In this document: in pieces, positions 54,095 through 64,000 of the stretch | How the letters are laid out: each line of letters opens with the position of its first letter | Numbering within the stretch: the stretch's first letter is position 1 | Origin: the human T2T-CHM13v2.0 reference genome, Homo sapiens | Assembly (NCBI RefSeq): GCF_009914755.1 | Contig: NC_060931.1 | DNA: 64,000 nucleotides | Reading direction: 5' to 3' (one strand) | Position numbers and translations under genes: made by a program | Notes under the pieces: model-generated | Told to the model about the DNA's origin: nothing | The model's database searches: none | Seen by the model: only the letters and a program-made list of their open reading frames with translations

Positions 54095-55890
54095 TTTTTG
54101 TTTAAAATTATATATGTCTTAAAGAAAAGTTGTAAGAACTTAAGTATAACTGCTACCTACTTTCATCCATTTTTAAGGTTTTGTCACATTTGCTTTATCA
54201 TTTTCTCTTTTTATGTATCTTGATTTTTTTTTTCTGAAATGTATGAAAGTAGACTGCATACAATATGCCTCTTTACCTAATGATTATTCAGTGTATATTT
54301 CCTAAGAATTAGAATGTTCTTTTACATAGCCAAATTACAATGATCAAATTCAGGAAAATTAATGAACATAGTTTTTAAATTAGTAGACTTTATTCTTTCT
54401 TATTATGGCAAAAAGTATTGTATCAATATACAATACCTTAATCTGCAAACCAAATTCTAATTTTGTCAACTGACCCAATAAGTGTCTGTGATGTTTAATT
54501 TATGTGTCAGCTTGACTGGGCCAGGGGGTGCCCAGATACTTGTTCAGACATTCTGAGTATTTCTATTAGAGTGTTTTGGGATGAGATTAACATTTAAATC
54601 AGGAGACCTAGTACAGCAGATTGCCTTCCATAATGTGGGTGACACCATCCAGTCAGTTGAAGGCCTGAATAGATCAAAAAGGCTGTTAACCCTCCCTCCC
54701 AGGTAAGAGATAATTCATCGTGTCTGATGGTCTCTGAAATGGAATATTGACTTTTTCCTGCCATTAGATTAGAACTGAAACATTGGCTCTTCCTGGATCT
54801 TGAGTCTGCTGGCCTTCAGACTAGAGCTACACTGTTGGCTCTCCTAGTTCTGCAGCTCGGTGACTACTTGTACTCTGCAGATCTTGGGACTTGCCAGCCT
54901 CCATTATTTCTATACAGGAACAGATTTATTATAAAGGATTGCCTACTGGTTCTTCTCTGGAGAACACTGACTGTACATATTCCTCCACAGGTGGTTGTTG
55001 TTGTTGTTGTTGTTTTTTCCCCCCAGCACAGGATCCAGTCCAGGATTGTAGGCTGCGTTTAGATCCATATGTCTTTAGTCTTCTTTAAACTGGAACAGTT
55101 CCTCAGCCTTTCTTTGTCTTTCACATCACTGACAATTTTTTTGAAGAACACAGGACAGTTATTTTACAGAATGTCTTTCTACTTGGGTATCTCTGATATT
55201 TCTTTATGATTACATTCAGGTTATGTATTTTTGGTGGAATACGTCATATGAGCTGTAATTTTTTCTCCTATCCAGAAGCACATTTTATTGGTGACATTAA
55301 TTTTGATCTCTTGGTTAAGTTGTTGCCAGTCTTCCCACTGTACTGTTATTCCCATAATTTTGTTTTGGAGCTAAGAAGTAATTTGTGGGAAGATACCTTA
55401 AAATTTTTGTTCTTTTTAAAGTTTTCACCACTAGAATTAGCACCCACTGATGATTCTTGCCTAAGTCAATTTTTACAAGGTTGGTTGTAAAATAGTGATT
55501 TTTCTAACTCGAAAGCTTTCCTTTCTTTATTAATTGACATTCTACTATAAGAAAGTTTCTTACTTTCCCATTTATTTGGCTATTTATTATCAATAAAGAT
55601 CCAGGGATTCTTATTCAACTCAATGAGTTATAATGTATCACTCTTCATATTTATTTTGATAATAAAATTATTCTAGATTTGACCAGTGAGAGTCCCTTCA
55701 AGTTGGCTTCTATATCTTCTTGTTATTCTCTTATACTTTTTAGCACTTATTTTTATTCTGGAACATGAAGATGTTTCTGATTCATTTCATACCTTCCATG
55801 TCCCAGCCCTAGGATTTAACCATTTCTCCAAGGACCCCTGGTTCCTTTTAGTGGGGAAAGATATTTGGAAACCAAGGTCTGGGTGATATT
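54095..55890 (-). mobile_element. L1MC4/5-like 3' UTR, split by MLT2
   Basis: CAGGATCCAGTCCAGGAT...CTTTAAACTGGAACAGTTCCTCAGCCTTTC...CATTTCTCCAAGGACCCCTGGTTCCTTTTAGTGG. Confidence 0.75.
54487..54977 (+). mobile_element. MLT2C/D solo LTR
   Basis: TGTGATGTTTAATTTATGTGTCAGCTTGACTGGGCCAGGG...CTCTGGAGAACACTGACTGTACA. Confidence 0.88.
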
Positions 55891-57652
55891 GTATTTTATT
55901 AATAAAGTCAATCATTAGAGTGAGCATAGTAATGTATGATTATGGGAGCAGATATTGTGAAAACTAGAAATTTGGAATAAAGTTGCTCATCAATTACTTA
56001 AACCAAAAAGGATGAACGCATTTAATTAAGAAAATACATAGTTAAATTTATGATAGTTGATTTTCAGTTTTTTTAAAAAGCATTATTAGAGTCAAGAAAA
56101 AGGAAACAATATTTTATAATCTATTATTTTTTTTTTTAACCAGTAAGCAGTGTTGTTTTTGTTACAAAAAACTGCCACAGCCTCATGCTTCTGCAAAATG
56201 AATGACACTGTTTAGGTCTAAATCAGTTGCGAAATGACCAAATTGTGGCAGTGACAAAATAGACTTGACATATAGCTACGTTGCAGATATGTATTTGAGA
56301 AATAGGGTATTGATGCAATCGATGAGTTTAAGAAACAACAGCTGATTCAGAAAGGAAGACATGGGCGATGGACAGGTCAGATCTGTGCTGTGGCTGAATC
56401 CTGAGGAAGTAGCAAAATATTACACTCCAAAGCAGGAAGAAAGTTAACAGAGATAACCACTGAAAAGTGAAATGTGGAAATCAAAAGCTCTGTCTAGAAA
56501 AATTTAAAAAATGGTGAATTAAAACATATAAAAAACAAAAGTAAGTTGCTCGACTAAGTCTGAAAACAATGTGTTGTTGTGAGAACACATACCTAAGTAG
56601 CCTCACAATACTAGGAATGAAGTTATTAATAAGTCTAACACATTTTCTTTGAGATACAGAAAACTTATTTATAAAACTTATATTAACACATATAGTAATG
56701 AAATTTATTAAGCCATATTGCCCCTAATGGCAGGATGTGGGATGGTGGTGGGTGTTACAGGCAGAGGGTTGGCTAATGATGTCACTTGCAAATATTCAGG
56801 GGCTTTACCATGTGGAAGAAGGTATTTTCAGTTTTGATGCTAAACAGGAAGTAACATTTCTGGCAAAAAGAGTAAAAATACTATGATATTGTCAAAATAT
56901 GAAGAATACTGATGTTTATCATAGCAGAGAGAACAAAGACCCAACGTATGAGGTTACTTGGAGAAAGGAAGGTCACTGACTCATTCAGACTTTTCCTTTA
57001 GCAAGTAGAGGACGAAGTCAGTGTCTCACAGAACATGATGGAGGAAAACAAAGTAAGAATCAGTGGTTAATACCTAGTGCTTAATGATTTTACTGTAAGC
57101 AGTGCATGAGTGACAATGAAACATTTTGTGCAATATGCTAGAAATATCAAAATAGGACTTACATAGGGTACACATGATCACCAGACTTGAAAGAAGAGGA
57201 CTATAGAACTGAGCAGAGAATACAATATTTTTGTGATGACTGTGACTGAGAGGCCTCCTCAATTCCTTAGTGAACAGAAATTGGAAGTTGCCATCAGAAC
57301 TTTGTATGTCCTGTTTGCACTTATAGATAATAAAATGTGTTTAATTATTAATATACAAGGGGGTTGAAGAGTTTGGTTGATGGATTTCACCCTAGAAACC
57401 ACAACTGTCACCTATGGGAAGCTGTTTGGTACAGGCAGACTTTCACTCAGTAATAACTTTGTTCAGGTGACTAATTACAGGATTTTCCTAACATTATAAA
57501 AGCCTAGAGATGGGCTTTTTGCATGACAAGAATAATCAGACCTGGAGATGAACTCATATTATGTGTGCAATGCTGATTAGAGCATAGACACTTGTTTAAC
57601 AGTTTGTGCTGAATGACTATTATGATCACATGGGAGTTTTCACATTTCTCCC

Positions 57653-58027
57653 TGCTGTGGACTCAATTGTGTCCCCATCACCACACCCCCATCCAATTAA
57701 TGTATTGAAGCCCTGACCCTCAGTGTGATGATATGTGGAGATGGGAACTTTGGGAGGTAATTAGGGTTAGATGAGGCCTTGGAGGGTAGGGCCTTTATGA
57801 TGGCATTAGTGGCTTTATGAGAAGAGGAAGAAAGAGAGCTCTCTGTCTGCCATGTGAGGATAGAGTGAGAAGGTGGCCATTTGCAAGTGAACAAGAGGGC
57901 CTCACCAGGAAGCTCATAGGTTGGCACCTTGATTTTGGATTTTCCAATCCCTGGAACTATACATGTCTGTTGTTTAAGCCACCCAATCTATGACATTTTG
58001 TCGTAGCAGCCCTAGCAAATTAATTCG
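57653..58027 (+). mobile_element. MLT1A-like MaLR LTR
   Basis: TGCTGTGGACTCAATTGTGTCCCC...TTTGGGAGGTAATTAGGGTTAGATGAGG...GTTTAAGCCACCCAATCTATG. Confidence 0.85.
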
Positions 58028-58056
58028 TGCTCTCCAGGGCGCATGCCACTTTAAAA

Positions 58057-58280
58057 GGCAGCATTGTGTAAGGCTTAAGGGCACAGACTCTGCCACCTAC
58101 CATCTGTATAATCATAAGCAAGTTCCCCATTTTCCTCATCTGTAAAATGGGGGTAAAAATAATTTCTACTTCTACCATGTAGGATTATTGTGAGGCTAAA
58201 ATATGTTAATGCATATAAATTGCTTAGAAAATGTCTGGTATGTGGAAAGGACACATTATACGTTAACCCTTGTTGTTTGT
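58057..58280 (+). mobile_element. MIR
   Basis: TTTCCTCATCTGTAAAATGGGG...GGATTATTGTGAGGCTAAA. Confidence 0.8.
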
Positions 58281-59459
58281 TGAGGAAGTTACCAAGGTAT
58301 GGTCTTCGGCTTTGAACTAGGTGGACACAGAGTATCACAGTAATAGATGGAAACTAATCAAACGTGTGAAAAGATGTATAATCCTTATGAGTAATTTATT
58401 AGTACCCAAGGGGTGATAACTTTTTCCAATGATGGAATGCTGGTGCCCTTATCCAGAGCATTGATTTTTCTGGTATTGAGGGACCTACCAATTTCAACTT
58501 TATCAAAAAATGCTTGGGATCATGAATTCAGAGAGGAAGAGAGTATTTCAGGCCATTCAAAAGTGAGGCTTGATGAGTTCATTTCCACTACCCACGTAAC
58601 TATATATGCTCCTTTGGGTCACATGCAGAGTAAGCCTCACCTGGAAAGTGCTGGGTAAACAGTACCACCTTAAGGTCTCAGGAATTACTCAGGTTTCATT
58701 TTTTCCTTTCATGTTTATGTTGACTCTGCCTTCTATTTATAGTCTTTCTCCTGAGATGTTAGAATGCAATCAGTTAATTTCAGTTTAGTAGACTTCAATT
58801 ACATAGTCTTTTCCTTTGGAGGATAATTATTTCTCTGTGTTTGAGTCTGGGGTACTTTAAGACTCTTCAGTTACATGTTTGTGGATATTCTCCTCAGAAT
58901 TTTTCTAACCACTAGCAAAGGACAGCCAGAGTCTTTTGTGGAAGGGATCCTGGGCCTGAGCAAATATTCTATAAAAAAGCATGGTTGTTCTTCTTAATCC
59001 CAGAAGTCTGTTTCCTGTCCAACATTTTCCAGGAATTTTAAAGGATGACATGAAGAAAGCAGAAGCAGTTGGAGAGAAAGAAGATAAATGATAAATAGAT
59101 GGCTGTAGAGAACAGATCATGGCTGTGAGTGAGGTACAGCTCCTAAAGGAATTGCAAGGAGAGAAAAAAAGATACTCTCTTCCAACTCTATTATTTTTCA
59201 ACGTGGGGTAACTTTCCACATAGTTCCATTTACAAGAAAATAAATTCCTTTATTCTTCTGGGAAAACAGGGAAGTATATATCCTTTGTCCCCAAATAATT
59301 TCAGATGCTACTTTGTGGAAAGCAAACAAACAAAAACCCAAACAAAATTATTGTGTGAATTTTACTGGCTAGCTCTTGACTGCAACCTTATTTCCAAGTT
59401 TTCAGGAGCTGCTTCACTGTTTTCTTATGAATGGGTTACAAGGACTGTGGGATAAAAGT

Positions 59460-59660
59460 GATAAAGAGACTCGTGGGGACCAGGAGCCGGGGATTCCTGT
59501 TCGAGCGGCTACCCGAAGTGCGTTTGGAAGGTCATCAAGACCCGAGAACCTTTATGGTTCTTTTTTTTTTTTTTCTTTTGGTCGACAAAGAAGGCTTCCC
59601 CTGGGAGAGGGGGAGTGATAAGCTGCTTACGGTGTGACCTGTGAGGTGCTAATGAGGTCA
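59460..59660. promoter_or_regulatory. CpG-retaining unique patch, candidate enhancer or promoter
   Basis: 9 CpGs in 59470-59635; GATAA x3; AGGTCA/TGACCT half-sites. Confidence 0.4.
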
Positions 59661-60989
59661 GATAGTATCTTCCTCATTGGCTTGCCATGGAGCTGGCAGT
59701 CTTCACCATTAGAATGCCTCTAAGGATGGTCACCAGAAAAACCTCTATTCAGAAGAAATGTTACCTTGGAGGCAGTGGCATATTAGCCCAGACACTAGCT
59801 TGAAAATAGTATGTGCAGGGAGAGAGCTGTGGGTTTGAGGGGCTGAGGGTGTGAACAAGGCTAGCACATTTTGTAGAAGGGTTTGGGAGATAGAGTATGG
59901 TGAGCAAAGTGCAGAGGGGCTTTGCAATTGCCCTCTCCTTAGCAGAGGACCTCAGACTCCAAGTGGCAGATAAAGGCACAGAAGTGGGAGAGCAGTGACT
60001 AGAAGACCAGCTGGTTTGTCCTGGGTGGGGTAACTCTTTAAGCATTCATATTGCTTGTATTAAAATGGTATTGTAAACTAGCTAGTGTCAAACCCCAGAT
60101 ATCTGTGCGGAGCGAACCACTGCTGAACTTCAAGGGAGAAAAAAGCTTTTTTTTTTTTTTTTTCTTTTTGGTTTTCTGAATCCTACTTGGCAGTTGTTTT
60201 CATCTCCTGGTAAGAAAGCATGATCTATAGCGTGGCTCTATTGAACTAACCACACTGAGGCATTGTTCCAGTCCATTTGGATGCTTCATTTCAATAAGGC
60301 CTTTCTCCAGTTCATCCAGTTCAGGGGAGTTATCACCCAGCCAGGTTTGCATATTTTTCTGATTCATGGCTTCACATATCCTGAGTATTTCTCATTAGTT
60401 TCGGAAAAGAAAGGAAAGGGCCTCATGAAGTCCTCACAACAATCTTGAGCTGTCTTCTGGTTTGCAATCTGTTTAATTGGAATGGAGCCTACCGATTTCA
60501 AAATGAGTCATCTGTTTTTCTCTTGGAAGAGATGTCTTTCTTTTTCTTAAAATTGATAATTTTATGAACATAGGCATTTTGTAAGTATCTATAAATCTGT
60601 AGGAGTTTTTTTTTTTTTTCCAAACTGCACAAAACCTAGCCATTACCCAGTGAACTGCTAGTACTGTCACTTTCTATGCCAGGATTTAGTTCGTGCGGAA
60701 TTGTTAATATTGCTTGTACAGTGTTATACTATATATTAATATGAAAAAGTAATATATCACCACATGACTTAAGGGACTTGATAGTTGACATGAAATTATG
60801 ATCATGTACAACTCTAAAGCTATGTACAAAAAGATGAAACTGAATCATTTCATTGACTACAGTACATTTTCTCCCCAAATAAATTGATTTTAGATGAATT
60901 CCCTTCATCTCTTTCACCCTGCTGGGCCCGGGTGCTTGCTGTGAGACACAGCTAAGTAGGAAAGAGGCTGTTGTTATTTGATAGCAAAT

Positions 60990-61110
60990 TAATTCAACAA
61001 TTTCAACAAACATTTATCGAATGCCTACTATACACCAAATATAATGCTACGTGCTAGGCATACAAAGAGGAATCAGGTATCGTTCTTGTTTTCAAGAGGT
61101 TCACTATTGA
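60990..61110 (-). mobile_element. L2 3' fragment
   Basis: TTCAACAAACATTTATCGAATGCCTACTATACACCA. Confidence 0.65.
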
Positions 61111-61584
61111 GTGAGGCCAGAGAATTGTTTATGATTAGCCAGAATTCATGTGGTAAGTGGTCTCTTAGTGCCAATGCAAAGAGAATGTGAGGAAAAAAAT
61201 GATTTCTATTCTTGGGTGACAGCCGAACTGGACTTTGAATCTTAGCAGGTGAAAACCTGGAAAGGCTGTTTCAGCAGAAGTCAAAAAATAAAAACAACAT
61301 TCCATAAACTTTAGATTACCTGCTAGGTATCTGGCTACAATGCACTAAGACTTAATCTGGCATCAGAGATGAGGATTAAATCTCTCCCATCAATCTGTAA
61401 ACTAACATTTATATATTGTTTTATAATAGAAAAGTGCTTTCCTGTGAATTATAGCATTTACCCCTCACAGAAACTCTGTGAAGTAAGAATTACAGACATT
61501 CCTTTGCTTCAGTATATTCAGATTACAAATGTTTCCTAATCCATACAGTTCCTCTGCAGAATAAAAATCTATCAATTCTGTTTG

Positions 61585-61603
61585 CTACCAACAGATGGCG
61601 ATA
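61585..61603 (+). promoter_or_regulatory. Candidate CTCF site
   Basis: CCAACAGATGGCGA at 61588-61601; nearby CpGs retained. Confidence 0.6.
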
Positions 61604-62562
61604 GTGGTTGCATATGGTTGGTAGCCGCTCTGGGCCTCTGTAGTTTGCTCATAATCAATTGTATACATAACATTTGTGTTAGTTTTAAGTATTTCACAAG
61701 TACAGTCATGCTTCACTTAATAATGGTTATACATTCTGAGAAATACCTCGTTAGTCCATTTCATCAAATTGCGAACATCATGGAGGGTACTTACACAAAC
61801 CTAGATGGTACAGCTTACCACACACCTAGGCTAGAGGGTATAGTCTATTGCTCCTAGGCTACAAACTTGTTACTGTACTGAATAGTGCAGGCAGTTGTAA
61901 TACAATGGTAAGTATTTGTGCATCTAAACATAGAAAAGGTACAGTCAAAATATGGTATAGAAAATAAAAGCTAGTATGCCTGTGTGGAGCACTTACCATG
62001 AATGGAGCTTGCAGTACTTGAAGTTTCTCTGAGTGAGTCAGTGACTGAGTGGTGAGTGAAGGCCTAGGACATTACTGTACACTACTGTAGATTTTATAAA
62101 TGCTGTACACTCAAGCTACACTACATTTATAAAAATATTATCTTTAATTAATAATAAATTAACCTTAACTTACTGTAACTTTTCTAGTTTATACACTTTT
62201 AATTTTCAACTTTTTGACCGTTTTGTAATAATATAACTTAAAACACAAACACATTGTACAGCTGTACAAAAATATTATCTTTTAAAATATATTTATGCTA
62301 TAAGCCTTTTTCCTAAAATTTTCTTTAATTACTTTTGTTAAAAATTAAGACACAAACATATACATTAACCTACGTCTACCCAGGGTCAGGATCATTGATA
62401 ACACTGTCTTCTACCTCTATGTCTTGTCCCACTGGAGGATCTTCAGGGACAACAACAGGCATGGAGCTGTCATCTCTTATGATAATAACGTCTTTTTCTG
62501 GAATACCTCCTGAAGGACCTGACTGAGGCTGTTCTACAGTTAACTTTTTAAAAATATAAGTA

Positions 62563-63327
<765 letters not shown>

Positions 63328-63684
63328 AAAGGAGTATACTTTCTAATAATAAGTATAGTAAGTACATAAACCAGTAACACAGTTGTTTATTATTATCAAG
63401 TATTATGTACTATATGTAATTGTATGTAGTATACTTTTATATGACTGGCAACACAATGGGCTTCTTTACACCAGTGTCACCAAGAATGCTGTAATGTTAT
63501 AATGGATACAATGTCACTAGGTGATAGGAATTTTTCAGCCCCATTATAATCTTGTGAGACCACCATATATGCTGTTCATTGTTGACTGAAAGGTCCTTTA
63601 TGCAGCGCATGACTGTTTTATTAACTGTGTTATGTACAGTAAGTGCAAAGACAGAGAGAATGTGGCAAATGTTGGTAAGGTGTT

Positions 63685-63970
63685 TATAGCATGATGGTGC
63701 CCCCATCACGTCCCCCTGGCCTGCTTTTGATGTTAGCTGCAGCCATAGTGTACAGTTCTGTGCAGGCACAGACATCTATCACATACCAGTGTCACCCCTC
63801 AAGAGTGCATTGTATTCTGCTTCAGGGCCTTCTCTGGAGTTATAGAAGCTCACTCAGACCACATCCAAATGCAGCCCTCTTGGGTACTGGGAAGTTAATG
63901 TATTGAAGGCAACCCTCAACCGATGTTGGGAGGAGCCTATGGATAAATCTTCTTGTCCTTTCAGTAGACA
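63685..63970 (+). mobile_element. LTR16-like ERVL LTR fragment
   Basis: GGCAACCCTCAACCGATG...GGATAAATC resembles LTR16. Confidence 0.5.
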
Positions 63971-64000
63971 ATTATTATTATTATTATTATTATTATTATT
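63971..64000. repeat. (ATT)n, possibly the tail of a - strand retroelement beyond the window
   Basis: About 10 ATT units at the window edge. Confidence 0.8.

Overview
AT-rich primate (human-like) non-coding DNA, probably deep intronic. I recognise no host protein-coding exon, RNA gene or CRISPR/prokaryotic system, and I cannot name the locus. Nearly all long ORFs in the track come from transposons or microsatellites. A large share of the window is interspersed repeat: 8 Alu copies, an internally deleted L1PA, L1PB1 and L1M fragments, a 5'-truncated HERV-L provirus with its MLT2A LTR, about 12 other LTRs, DNA-transposon fossils (MER20, MER5, MER82, Tigger3b), MIR and L2. Subfamily names come from remembered consensus sequences, not an alignment. 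The main observations are: (1) all five scoreable + strand LTRs have a damaged or uncoupled poly(A) signal, each by a different lesion, while 6 of 7 scoreable - strand LTRs keep theirs, pointing to a + strand host transcript; (2) several templated-insertion or micro-inversion repair scars; (3) an AluY with no TSD replacing about 3.2 kb of an L1 that still has an open ORF0-like frame; (4) two strong CTCF motifs and CpG-retaining candidate regulatory patches; (5) an unexplained stem-loop of about 83 nt.
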